In this document: piece by piece, positions 1 through 12,896 of the stretch
Numbering within the stretch: position 1 is the first letter of the stretch
Layout: the number at the start of each line of letters is the position of its first letter
Assembly (NCBI RefSeq): GCF_001194135.2
Contig: NC_068981.1
Coordinates: forward strand, 177,413,493-177,477,492
Direction of reading: 5' to 3'
DNA length: 64,000 nt
DNA from: Octopus bimaculoides
Lineage: Eukaryota
Notes under the pieces: model-generated
What the model was told of the DNA's origin: nothing
The model's database searches: none
Seen by the model: only the letters and a program-made list of their open reading frames with translations
Position numbers and translations under genes: made by a program

Positions 1-559
1 ATTCTAGAAATATTTTTGCAAAAACGTTACAGGCATTCAAAGTGTGATAATTTTCAAAATTTTCAGGCAATCAGAAAACAGCACGTTCGCTGCTTCTTCC
101 ATCATCAGTGGAGAGGGAGCATTGGCATGTCAAAACATTAAACTACTACTTTATAAATTATCTTTCTCGTATCTCCTTCTCCTCCTTGTGCGCATGCGCA
201 GCATCTTTGGTTGCTATAGAAACAGTTCTTCGCAATCAGCTGTGCAACACGTGGTGCCTCTTTGTTTTGGTTACTATGGAAATAGAAATTATCGCTACGG
301 TGATATGTAAAATACTCGCTTCTGATTGGCTAAAATACCCAAATTTTGCAAATTTTAAAAGCTAATAACTTTTTTAACTATGGATTTATAGGGAAAATGA
401 ATTTCATTTTCATAATTAGTATACAAAACTTCATCCATATACCAAATTTGAAAACAATTGGAACAAAATTGTAAACAGTGGCGAAAACCACTAGTTTCCT
501 TGGATGCAACTATTTTACTCTACGTAATTGATCAGCCTGCTGCATGTCATTCATGAGCG

Positions 560-1075
560 CGTGTGGCTTAGTATCATATATCATATTTTCGCTAATTGTT
601 TTACGTAGTTGTGAACAGACACAGACGCCATCACCCCTTAACTCAGCGGCACATCTAGGACAGCTGAGGAGAGAGAGCTGTACCCACATCCAGCTGGTAC
701 TCATTTACAGCTAAGTGAAGCAACACCTTGCTTAAGGATAGATACTGCGTGCCGCTCGTTCAGGAACTGAGCCCACCACGACCTTATGATCGTGAGCCGA
801 ATACACTAACCCAAAGGTCACACTACAAATAGTATCCAAATTTCCTTCAACAATAACTTACCTCCAAATTTTATTTCAAGTCACGAGAGAGCTTCTAACG
901 CGTCACTCAACCTGTCAGAAATAGCAACCAAATCTACCTTACATTACATCTTACTATCATGGAAAAAAGGGAACGATACATCTGATACTGAAATCATAGA
1001 CATCTTTAAATAGACAGGATAGTCGTATCTGGAATGCGTTTGATCGTTAGTTTGCTCAGTGACATAAGCCCCAAA
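560..1075 (-). mobile_element. Degenerate tRNA-derived SINE(s)
   Basis: The reverse strand reads ggttagtgtattcggctcacgatcataaggtcgtgg (tRNA-like head) followed by a SINE-type body (...ctgtaaatgagtaccagctgg). An adjacent SINE-like segment lies at about 850-1075. Boundaries approximate. Confidence 0.55.
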
Positions 1076-1540
1076 TGCTCTTTAATGATTGTTGCTCATC
1101 TACACTTCAGACATGACATCAAAGTTCAAATGAATTAATGTATGAGAAAGGTCTACATACATAATGATGTTCTGAACCCTAGTGGAAGAAACCCTTGGAA
1201 ACCACTTGAACTGTTGCACCCTTGAAATTTCAAGTTTTTGCTCATCAAAACAAGCTTATTACAGACGACACTTTGTAAACTAGAAGTAAAGGCTATTAAT
1301 ATGCAGGATGCATTCAGAACTGATTTATTCTTATATTATCTACAAAGGAATCAAACAACTAGCCTCACACATCTATACCGGAAACTAGCTTACTGACATA
1401 AAGGCAGTCAATTACGACACCCTGTCACATAGGTCGAACTTGTGCAAAGTAGGGAAGTGATACATGTGCAGCAGTATACATTAAAACACTATGGGGTTGT
1501 ATGAAAAGAAATCTGTAGACACTGATATTTTTATTTAAGG

Positions 1541-2350
1541 TTACACACACGTACAGCCGTTTATCTTAATCGCCTCACATACTGACCTTTCAGCAGTCCA
1601 TTTTATCCCGCTTTCACGAATATTTTTCTTGTAAGACGAAAGAAAGGCAAAAGAAAAGATTTACAAACAAACTGACTCAGCCGTAGGTAAGGAGAGGACA
1701 AAAGAAATTGAGAGGCAGACAGAAAGATAAACAAAATAAAGACATAGAAGGGGTGTCATGTGAACCTTTAACAGCAGCTAACAATATTTTGTTAGCACGT
1801 GGAGTGACACAGACAAAGCTTGTTCGGTATTTAACAGATTTACGAAGAGACCCCCTCTTCCTTTCAGTCACTGACTGACTTCTCTGAACCATCCCCTACC
1901 TCTTCCGCAACTCAACTCCGACGAAGAATACACCTCACTAGCAGTCAGCCATGAACTTTGTGTTAATTCCTTTCTTTACAACAGAGATACATTTTTATTA
2001 TTGTTGTAGTAATTCTGTAGTGAGTGCTCCAAATTTGTCGCGGTTTTCATTTCATACGTTTTATTTTATTTATTATGCTTCTTGTTAAAACTTCACGCAC
2101 AGTCCACAAGTCTACCATAAAAGCTTTTCTAAACAATACAATGCAACTCTGTTACCTGAGATTGAGCAGGTGGTTTAACGTTTCAATTGAAATTTTATAG
2201 AAGTACCAAACCCAATATCCGATGTCAAACAGAGTTCACATTTTTACGATTACAATTTTTACGGTGATACAAAATGACTCTATTTCAGTCCAAACAGTAA
2301 TTAAGTTGAGCTTCCAGTACCACGACTATTAGTTGATCTGAAATCGCTAA
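1541..2350. promoter_or_regulatory. CpG-enriched promoter-like region with candidate 5' exon donor (AG|GTAAGG at 1686/1687)
   Basis: About 23 CpGs counted by eye in 810 bp, versus about 2 in 7301-8300. No recognisable repeat. Strong + strand donors at 1687 and 2020 (GTA|GTGAGT). Confidence 0.4.
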
Positions 2351-2629
2351 ATACAATAGAATTGTGTGGAAAATGACAAAAAGATGAATAATCTATGCTT
2401 AAGGCTATATATTTTAATTGTATTTTAAACAATGTTTCTTTTACTTCTTGAACATTATTTATTTTCAGCAACTCTAATTTTAACTTTTAATGTTACTATA
2501 ATTTTAAACAATATTATCTTAAAACAGAGATTATTACTGCGAATGTGTATAGTGAGTTCATAGTGAAGTTCCCTGTGAATGATATCAGCAATATGATTTT
2601 GATTCTTGCTTTGCAAAACTCAAGTAGTA

Positions 2630-2925
2630 GGCGCAGGCATGACTATGTGGTAAGAAGTTGGCATTCCAACCAAATGGTTCCAGGTTCAGCCCCACTGTGT
2701 GACACCTTAGGCAAGTGTCTTCTACTATAGCCCCAGGTCAACCAAAAGCTTGTGAGTGGATTTGGTAGATGGAAACAGAATGAAACCTGTCATAAATATA
2801 TGTGTGTGTATCTTTCTATTGGTTGTTGGTATGTTTATGTTCCTGTAATGTAATGGTTCAGCAAAGAGACAAGGCAATGCCCCAGCATAGCTGCAACCCA
2901 GTGACTGAAACAAGTAAGAGATGAA
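2630..2925 (+). mobile_element. tRNA-derived SINE (family A)
   Basis: Head gcaggcatgactatgtggtaagaag...ggttcagcccc, body gtgagtggatttggtagatggaaac, tail gactgaaacaagtaagagat. Same family as 6165 and 59310. Confidence 0.85.
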
Positions 2926-4159
2926 AGTGTTTAATGCTATTAAGGAAGATATGAAAGTTACAACCTCTTGTTTTGCATTTCCTTTAACTTTTGTTCAAAT
3001 AAGTTTTACATTTTAATAACACTTGTTTCAGGAAATAAATAAATAGGTCCACCCCACCCACCCAAAAACGGCAAAAATTCTAAAAAAACAAATTTTTGTG
3101 TTTCAAAAAAATTATTTCTATTCATTTGTTATATGTATAAGGCCAAAAACAACAGGACCATTGTATACTTTAATGCTATGCTTAAGCAGTAAACTGATTG
3201 TTTGAATGTATTCATTCAAGATCCATTATAAAACAAACAATGTGGTGACCAATGAGCAGGAAGGAAGAAGTTTGGGGTTATGTCAAAGATCCTCATCAAC
3301 AAAGTCATCCTTAAAGAAGCGAAGCAGTACCAACGAAGTTTTATAACTCATGGCTAAACTAAATGAAGATGTCGCTGTCTATCATTCATAGATACTATAG
3401 TTACTACACTTTGCCAAGGTCAGCTGCTGAAGTTGATGCCATTTAGGAACTGACAATATGATCCACAGGGCTATCAATAAGAACTGAAGCTTCTATTATA
3501 GTCACTAACAAAATTATATTATTGATAAAATATAATGGACTGTTTGTCTGTGATATTTTTCATCTTAACAGTGAACCGCTTGTCAACTCCAACAAGGAAA
3601 TGCAAAGGTTATATGATAGAGACATCCTTCAGTTTCTGTGATCGATATTATTAAGGCCTTCTAGACTGGCATATTGATGTTGTTGATGCTTGTGAAAAGT
3701 GAGGGATTACCAAAGGATGGTAGTTCTGAGGCGGACTGGTTTATACTAGTACTTAATATGGGCTTAGAAGGTGAAATTTAATAGAAATCTAAAGAAAATG
3801 AAGGCAGGAACAATAGATGGATTTGGGTGTATATAATGCACAACAGTGGCAAAGGGTGACTTAGAAACCAAGGCATGCAACCCACGATGCAAGCCAATCA
3901 CCAAGGTCGAGAATGGGGTAGGGGAAACCTCACCAAAAACTACTGAGCCCCACTCCATCTGCGAATGTGATGTGAACAAATTTTAATGTGAGAAAATGCA
4001 CTTCTAACAACAGAGCATGCTTTGGGTTTGATACTTTTCTCCACTGGACTTGATGTTTCCCCATTAGCAATATGCTGGTGATAGGTCTGCCATGATGACC
4101 GTTATTGGTTACAAAAGAAATCTGAGAAAATAATAGAATCTACGAATAATGAGCTATTT

Positions 4160-5850
4160 AAAATTTATTTGTAAATTAGTTCAAATCCTTCATTTCTTTT
4201 TGGCAAATCCATCGATCACTTTGGTATAAAATGTATTAGCACCACACTATCTTCATCTTCTTCAAAAGATCTTTAGTCATGGAAATGGCAACCAAATTAC
4301 TCATCTCTTCATTTTGAGAACACAATTATCTACTCACTTTTATGAAGAAAGCGATTTCTCACAGTAAGTATTGGGTCATCTCATAAATAATGTGATTCTT
4401 TTCAATTGCATGAACTAAAAGTCAGAGGGGGACAGGATAAACTACCTGCATCAACTTGTTATAAAAGCAGGAAGTCAGTTTGAGCGACTTAAGTCAGCAC
4501 TAGAAGAAAAATGACCATTTTTGGTTTCAAGACGAAAGGTGTTCTTCCATCAGGAGAATGCTCAGTCACATACAGCAAGGATGATATTCCAAAGGCAGTT
4601 TGAATGAGAAATGATGCCCCACCCACCATATTTGCCAGACATTGCCCCATCTGATTATCATTTATTCCACAGTCTTCAAAATCATTTGGACAGAAAAAAT
4701 ATGAATTCAGTAGACAAGGTCAGAACAGTACTGGAGGTGTATTTTTCATCATGGACAAGTGAATTTTGGAAAAGGGGCCTTGCAAGTCTACCAGAAGAGC
4801 ATTGTAGAAAATGAAGGAGAGTATATTTTAGATTAAAGAACTTTGTTTATCTTAATTTTGAAAAATAAAAGAAGTATAAAAAAACATGCATTATTTATGG
4901 GATGACCCAATACATGTGGCAGGTATGGTCAAAATCAGATGTCATTTTGTTACTTCAGCCAGACCTTGATTTAGTTCAAGCTCCCAAATTATGTCTGCGA
5001 CTTCTTGGATGTTTGACACTTGCTTTGCAAAATCTGCAGCATAAACTGATTTCAGCTCACATTTCATTCCTTCTAAATCCAATATGCTTTTATAGACATC
5101 CAAAGATGAAAACATTTCCATCAATAATTTTTTCATAAGTGTGAAAAAGCTTCAGATTCAACAAACAATTCAACAAATCTTTGCTCAATGTGAACAATAA
5201 CTGCACTTGAAAGTCCGGAATATATGCAGTTGGCATTTTTCTTCATGAAATCTAAATGCAATGCTAAACAATCATTGTATTCTGCTACTGCTTCACATAT
5301 AGCCAGAAAATTACCCTTATTGTTTGATTCCTGTGTTTTATTGTGTCCTTCAAATGGTAACTCTTGATAGGCCTGAATTTCAATACAATGAATTAAACTT
5401 TTCAATATATCATGATTTTTCTTAACTGATCTGTTATGGAACTGAATTGAAGCTGCTTTCCAGTGATTAATCACTATTAATTCGTTGTTAGCCAAAGGTG
5501 TTTAGAGCAATTATAGAATTTAGATGGTTTTGAGATTTTTGCATTTTGTCAAATGATCCAAATTGCAGTAGCCAGTTGTTATCCACGTGTTCTTATGCTG
5601 ACAAAATAATAGACATGGGAAACAGAAAAATTTGTTCAGAATGGGGACATCCTGTCATTCACTCAAACTCTTCATAATACTTAAAATCAAAATACGATGC
5701 CATTCCTTACTGCCCACTTTGGTTTTGATTTTCATTTCAAGCCTTGGCTTCTCTTTTCCAAAAATGCGATGCTTCTTGCTGCAAAGGTCAAGAAAGTACT
5801 GAGTAAACTGAACTAATTGACTCTTTTGCCATCCTGGGGGTGAAAGTGTG
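4160..5850 (-). mobile_element. Degenerate hAT-family transposase remnant (ZMYM1/DUF4371-like), interrupted by a mariner derivative
   Basis: ORF 5133-5495 contains LPFEGHNKTQESNNKGNFLAICE, matching the hAT/DUF4371 'LRGHDE..N.GNF' motif. ORF 4942-5136 follows it, and C-terminal dimerisation-like text (..VIDGFAKRNEGFELIYK*) lies left of the mariner insertion. Confidence 0.75.
4371..4910 (+). mobile_element. Internally deleted mariner element (540 bp)
   Basis: TIRs TTGGGTCATCTCATAAATAATG / CATTATTTATGGGATGACCCAA with 1 mismatch. TA on both sides (4369-70, 4911-12). ORF 4611-4814 reads PHPPYLPDIAPSDYHLF, the mariner YSPDLAPSD motif. Confidence 0.93.
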
Positions 5851-6164
5851 AAAAATGTTACTGAGTTATAATCTTTTTAAATGAATCAAAGCTTTATTCT
5901 AACAAAAAATTTAGGTGCTAGTTTACTTTTTACATAACCTTTTTTAAATAATTTTAAATATTTAAAATTAAATTTTAAAGCATTGGTACAGATAAATGGA
6001 TGCAAACTTAACTTTTTAATCCCCCAAAATAAATGTTGCCAGTTTCTTCTTTTTTCTCCAAGTGTGTACTAGTCAAGAAGAAAACTCTGAGGTCACATGA
6101 CTGAATTTGGGTCTTAAGAAGGGGTCAAGAATATTCTCCATTGGGTTAAATCTTCTAAAAAAGC

Positions 6165-6354
6165 AGGCATGGCTGTGTAGTAAGAAGCTTGCTTCCCAAC
6201 TACATGGTTCCAGGTTCAGTCCTGCTGTGTAGCACCTTGAGCAAGTATCTTCAACTACAGCCTTAGGCCAACTAAAGCCATGAATGAATTTGGTCGATTC
6301 GTTCATGAATCTGGTTTGAATGAATTTGGTAGATGGTAACTGAAAAGAGCCTGT

Positions 6355-6423
<69 letters not shown>

Positions 6424-6635
6424 TTGTGTCTGTATTTATCCGCCACTACCACTTGAAAACCGGCCTTGGTGTGTTTATGTTCCCATAACTTAGTGGTTTG
6501 GCATAGAACCAATAAAAGAAGTACCAGGCTTAAAAAAAGTACTGGGGTTAATTATTTGACTAAAAATTCTTCAAGATGGTGCCCCACCATGGCCACAATC
6601 TAATGATTGAAACAAGTAAAAGATAAAAGATAAAA
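6165..6635 (+). mobile_element. tRNA-derived SINE (family A) with internal (TA)n(TG)n
   Basis: Head gcaggcatggctgtgtagtaagaagcttgcttccc, central microsatellite at about 6355-6425, tail gaaacaagtaaaagataaaagataaaa. Confidence 0.9.
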
Positions 6636-6864
6636 TATATACTTTTCAGTACTGAATAATCATACAAAATGAACCAGGATCAGTAATAACACAAACTTGC
6701 AGATTGACTAAATACTCATTTATCATCTAAATCTGTCCAACTATGAGGAAAGCTTTAAGTCCTTTGAATAGGCAAGTTTTTGATCTCTGCTGCACAGGGC
6801 AGTAAAAATATCAGCACTGCAAGAGAAAATATGTTGGCAGCTTGTTTGCTAGCTAACATGGCTA

Positions 6865-7225
6865 GAAGGCAAGTAGAAAAGAATCTGCTTTTCTCTGCCT
6901 TTCTCTTGACCACTCACTTATTTGCTTTGTCTCTCCTGTTCATGCTCCCTTCTCAGAGAGAATAATAGAATACGAAGAAACTAACACCACTGCTTCTTAC
7001 CGAAAGCAAGCAGTAAAAAATCTGTTGTTCTCTCTCTTGACCACTCATTCGTTTTGTTTCTCATTTTGATGCTCCCTTCTTGAAGAGGATAATAGAATAC
7101 AGAGAAACTAACAACCTTGCTTTTTTTTTTTAGTATGACTGAAAGCAAGCAGGAAAAATCTGTTTTTCTCTGTCCTTCTCTCTCTTGACCTCTCACTCAT
7201 TACTTTTCCTTCTTTTCTTGCTAAG
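6865..7225 (+). repeat. Diverged tandem repeat, about 138-bp unit x 2.6
   Basis: Units start at 6865, 7002 and 7141 (gaa(g/a)gcaag..aatctg..ctcttgacc(a/t)ctca). The first two also share ..tgctcccttct..ataatagaatac..gaaactaaca. Confidence 0.85.
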
Positions 7226-10200
7226 CAAACAGGAACTTTCACTACTTACACCTGTTAAATAATATTGGTTGTTTACAATTTATACTAAGAAATGAAGGAA
7301 TGGGAAATACATGATTACAATGAGGACAGTGAAAAATTATCAATAATAAATTCTAGATTACACAAGAATAATTTATCCTGGAAAAATAGTAAGGCATGCA
7401 TACATAGACCCTTCACTCCTGATATGCATCATAGTAGTTCAGGTAGAAGACCTTCCCTAAAGAGGTTGCCTAACAGAATTCTAAGCTCCTCTTCTCTATA
7501 CTAGTCATTTTCATTTCAGAGTGACCAAGCTCCTAGATGGACGACCTTTCTAACAGATGTAAAAGCCACATCTCTCAGGGGGTGGGTTCAATTTCTGGTT
7601 GAAACCATTTTGTTTTATTTACATTGCTATGCATTTTAGGATCACAAAAAAAAAAAATTAAATTACAACTGTTCACTTCCCTAAAAATATCTTTATTTCA
7701 TTAATTCACATAATTCAAATCTTACTAGCTTTGGGCATTTATTCTACTTTAATGAGGCAAGTTGTCTGCTTATAATAATAAACCAACACTGATAATGATG
7801 ATATCCAAACACAATTTACTCAATTGAATTAGTTGAAAGGAACTTTTAACTACATCAAGTTATTGTTGATTCCCTCAACTTTTTTTCTTTTCACATCCTG
7901 AGAGAGTATAACAGATTAAACACTAGACCTTTCTCCACTGACATTATTTGTAAACCAAACACTGAATTGTTTCTAACTGTATAAATAGACAACCCATTTC
8001 AAATGTGAAAACCTTTTTTAATTACTATTCACAACAGCTTTTAAAACAGGATTGAAAAATACTGCATTACATGATCATTATATACACATTACTTTCACCA
8101 AGCATTAACATTATATATTTATTATTTCCAGAGAATGCTACTATTATACATTCGTTGTTTTCACAATCACTATCATTATGCATTCATTATTTTCCTTGAA
8201 TACTATCTTTATTCATTCATTATTTTCATAAAATATCACTACCAAAGGACCATTGCATTCTACAAATATAACAAATTCCTCTTTTGTCTATTTATCTGTT
8301 TATATATGCTTGTTTCCTTCATTTGTTGCTCGCCTCTCGAGCTCAGTAGTTGAATACATACGTCTACTTCCTTCTTATGACAAGAGTAATTGGCTGAAGT
8401 TAAGAAATAACTCATAACAGCAAAAATAATCGATTTCATAGCAGACTTGGTCATTTCATTTCAAGAAATTGCAAGCTAGATATGGCTTCTGAATCAATTC
8501 TCCAAGGTAATAGATCATTTGGGCCATGAATATATTGATCGTACTGTTCACTCACAGTTGTTGTTGAAATGGTAATTCAATCATTGTATCAACACTTTCA
8601 GCTAGTGTTATTACTAAAATCTACCAGGTTTTCCGATTACACCCTTTACAAATGTACTTATTCACACAATCATTAGCTTACACACTAAAAAGAGAAGAAA
8701 TCAAATTATTCTTTATAAAAACCTTTCTCATCTTAGTGTTTTGGGGTATAAATTCACATCTAATTGAAGAGTAAATTATTAAGCATTTTTTCATATTAAT
8801 GGCTTTATTATTGCTACTGTTTTTCAACTGAACTTATTCAACTTCACTTATGCCATTAACATTCTTGGGCATTTTTATTCTTTTGTCCTAAAGACCACAG
8901 GCTTCATATCTAAGACATTATTAATATGTTTACTATTGACCGACAGTAATTTCTCTGGTAGTAATATCATTTCAGGACACTCTTACCTGTTTGTAACACT
9001 AGAACTCTACTCTTAAACTAAAAATATCTAGTACTTCAGTGTTTTTGATCTTTAAGAAAAGTAGGAATGGTGTGCATAATGAAATATACTGACTATAATT
9101 GAGAAATGATTTTACTAAGGTTTGAATTCAAACTCTTTTTCTTTGCAGCAAAACATATTTAAGCACTATGATAATTGAAAAGCTCATTACAATAAAGATT
9201 TTTTTTAGAGCTCTTTCAGTAATCATAAAATATGGATTGTTTGCTTTACAATCAGGTTTCAAAAGGTAGATAAATTTTTTATGTCATTTGTCCTTCTAAT
9301 GATGTAGGGCAGTTCTGCTAGAACAGATCTATGGCATACATAAAGCCACTGAGAGCAATCTAAGAAATCAGGTCCAACAGCCAGCAGTGTACTAACTATC
9401 ATGCAGTAACTGGTCATGTGTGTTATGTTTGGGGTAGTTGGGTCATGTATTTGTTTTGCAGTCCAATCCATTTACACAGATATAGTGTAAGTCAATAGAA
9501 GCATCTACAAAGGGGAAAAAACCCAGTAAGTGCAATGAAATTTGAATTTTTGGGGATTCAGAGAAGGTGACTGGAAACTCAACTCAGAATTTAGGCTTCA
9601 TAATGATTAAAATAGCAGCACTTTTATGCGTTTTTATTGGCCTTTATCAAATGTGAGTGGGGACAAAAATGTGTATTTTTTTAAATAATGTTTTGATACT
9701 CTGGCGTGCTACCAACATATTGGAAGTTGCAAATGTACATGAGTTGAAGGAAGCATGAGACAACATCTGTAGACAACCTCATCATATTGCACTGTACAAA
9801 TGATATTATAGAGTATTCCTTGTCTAGTTATCTGGAAATGTATTTGCAAGTGCTAATATTTTAATCATATTATTAATGTAATACTTTTGTACACAACTTG
9901 TACATATTTTTGGCATACACAATATAAAATAATGTCTGCAAAGTACAAAACTAGGAATATATTCTGATTTTTAATAAGTAAACGCAAACATTCAGGAGAA
10001 AAAGAAAGAAATGTTACTCAATTTCATGAAACATTGTCCAAAAGACTAGTGTACTTTGTTAAGCAATCATATAACTTTCAAAAGATCAGCAAACAGTGAG
10101 ATATGCACTATGGGGTTATGGAAGTATTTTTATTTTTTCTTTCAGTAAATTGCTTTTCCTAGGTAAGTACAGAAACAAAGGCAGTCTAAATTTTGCCTAT

Positions 10201-11065
10201 TTGTCTCCTTTCTGAAGACAATCATTTTACCATCCAGAATATCAATAGCTTTCAGGTTAAGGTTGCTATTGTTACCTAGCAGATTACACCTCATTCTTTT
10301 AAAGTTTTTACTCTTAGTTCAACCCAAATTTCATTTTTCTTTTTGTGTACTAACTGTTTACATTAATAATATTACATACAGTAGTGAGCCACTTCTATAT
10401 TGCTACTACTCTGCTGTGGTTCCTCTTACTAATCATCTTAATCTTTGCCATAGTAATATTCATGCATTTTGATTCTATTCACTCTTCTAAATTTTAAACT
10501 TTTTTTCAGTTCTTTAAAACACTCTGCAATGAAAATCAGACTGTCAAAATACAAAAGTTCATAGATATCATCTGCCTAACTGCCTCATACATTTAATAGT
10601 TTAAATAGTAACAGGTTGAGGACATTTCTCTAGTGTTATATCCTTTCATAGCACACAACTGAATATTTTTTTAGGTTATAGTAAAAGTTTTTCCATTATA
10701 TGAAAGTAAGTGAGTTTTCCAAAATGATATAACATCAAAGAATACTAAATTCTTCATTGAGTTCACAGTGTATCCAGGCCCTGCTGCTAGTACTCAATAC
10801 ACATTCTCATTACCACTGAACTTCATGGAACAGTTACAAAAGCTTTCAATATTGTGTTTGATTTTCACTTAATACATGTCTTAAGTTGCATTAGCAAAGA
10901 TTTAGTTTCTGTGGTTACACAGCCCCAAACAGTATTCTATCCAACTTCAAGCTATCCTATATGAGCTTTGTTTGGATTCATTCTATCACTCTCATTATTT
11001 TCTGCATTAACTTAAAGATTCTATGTAATTTCACTTGCTTAACAGTTCCCTTATATTCTTATATA

Positions 11066-12312
11066 CAGGATGTCCCAAAATTATGACAACCAACTTTTTT
11101 CAATTTTGCTAAAGCAAAATATTGTTATAATTTAGGTTCAAGCATTGCAATGCAAAGGTAAAGGAAACAGAATTATGATTCTACCACATTCATTTGATAT
11201 GACCACCTCTGTTTCGAACCACAGACTTAAGTCTAGGTGCAAATGCTTCACAGGCAACACGCAGCTGCTCTTGCAGAATGAAAGCCCATTCTTGATGTCA
11301 AGTGAAGCATAAGGAGTGCTTGAGACCCTTGTCTCCAAAATGGACCAAACTGAAAAAGCGAACAGGTTGAGATTGGGGCTTCCTTACCCAAGAACAATGG
11401 AATGTTTTTCTGAATCCAGTGTTGTCTGTTTGGAGCTGTGGGAATGGTGTGGAGTCCTGTTGGAGGCTCCAAGGTGCACCTTGAAAGTGTTCACTCACAC
11501 ATGGGAGCTGTTCAGCTTCCAGAATGTCGCTAATGTATTGGTGGGTGTTAATTTTATCACCCAAGGCCACAAAGACAAGGGAGACCTTCCAGTGGTTATC
11601 ACAGCTGCCCAAACCATAACTAACTGTGGATTTTGACATTGATTTACAAGTCTACCCTCAATGGATCCAGATGCACTCTGAAGTCAGTCATTCTGGTGGT
11701 TTACTGTCTGTTCAATGTCAAATTTCTTTTCATCAGTGAACACCAGGTTGGGCAGCATACCTTCAGCAATCTGACACAGGATAAGATGACTTCTCTCCAG
11801 TCTCATGGCCTTAGAAACTTGTGTGAGCTCATGACGGTGGATCATCTCGTAGGGATGGGTCCTGAGATCCTCCTTCAGCACTCAATGCATCAATGTTTGG
11901 ATTATTTTTGCTGTGGCAGCTAGTTTTCTGACAGAATGACAAGGGTCTCATTGTACCTTTTCTCTGGTACTTTTGATAAGCTGAGAGGGCCAAACACTTC
12001 GTTTTGACGACATCCAGGTCGATCAGCAGTGGAACCAGTTTCTTGAAATTTTTTGACAATTTTAAAGACTGTTGTTTGGTTAATTTCAAGCTTTTTTTCC
12101 CTGTAGCTGTATTACTTTCGCCTCATTTGTGGAGATTTATGATCGCATTTTAGTTTATAGCCATTATCTAATTTATAAATCTGAATTTATTTAGTCTGAA
12201 ACAAAAAGAAGAAGCACTAAGCTTTTATAACAATGCATAATTTTCATATCTTATCACATTTATTGAGAGTTATTAATGCCTGAAACTTCGGATGCCTTTT
12301 TGAGACACCCTG
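11066..12312 (-). mobile_element. Near full-length maT/DD37D-like Tc1-mariner transposon, frameshifted
   Basis: TIRs CAGGATGTCCCAAAA / TTTTGAGACACCCTG (13/15 match), TA flanks. Fragmented transposase shows NLVFTDEKKFDIEQTVNHQND, WSLQQDSTP and SVWSILETRV. ORF track 11138-12089. Confidence 0.92.
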
Positions 12313-12854
12313 TATATTATGACAACACCTTTTTGTACAATCTAAATAGTTAAGTGAATGGCTGATACACTGACACCAATTGGCCATAAAGCTTTCAGAA
12401 TCTCAGTAACTATTTCAGGAAGATCTGCAGCTTCTCCTGTCAACATGTTATTATTTAATTTAGCATCTATATTATAATGGAGAAAGCTGCTTATTAATTA
12501 GGTATGTAACAGTTACTAAAAGAAAACAATTATTAAAGGCTTGACTGTCAGGAAATTTTTTTACAAATTCATGTTCCAAAAAATGTCCTGTAATTTTAAT
12601 TTCTCAAGTTTATTGTTTTCACAAATTTAAATATTCATTGCATTCACTGCAGAGTAGATTTTAATATTTAATAAACAATATTATTCATTTGCAACAATCT
12701 CTCTCACTCTCTCACCTCTATTTTCATTAATGATAATTTAATATATATTCATTTCAATGTTTTCATTTCAAGTTTTAATTCACTATTTGCAAAACCCACA
12801 GTTTATTCTATATATGTAATGTAAAAAGGTTATTTATTGAATGAATGAATGCTA

Positions 12855-12896
12855 NNNNNNNNNNNNNNNNNNNNNNNNNNNNNNNNNNNNNNNNNN
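12855..12896. other. Assembly gap (42 N)
   Basis: N run. Confidence 1.

Noticed and set aside
1677-1892. 71-aa minus-strand ORF in the CpG-rich region
   Set aside because: No homology recognised, and the C-terminal half derives from a purine-rich low-complexity tract.
6270-6320. Small inverted and direct duplication (tgaatgaatttggt) within a SINE
   Set aside because: This is an ordinary local slippage or template-switch scar with no further significance.
8350-9510. Chain of phase-compatible minus-strand micro-exons (about 9476-9504, 8994-9024, 8371-8402)
   Set aside because: The spliced peptide resembles nothing recognisable; likely over-fitting of abundant splice-like motifs.
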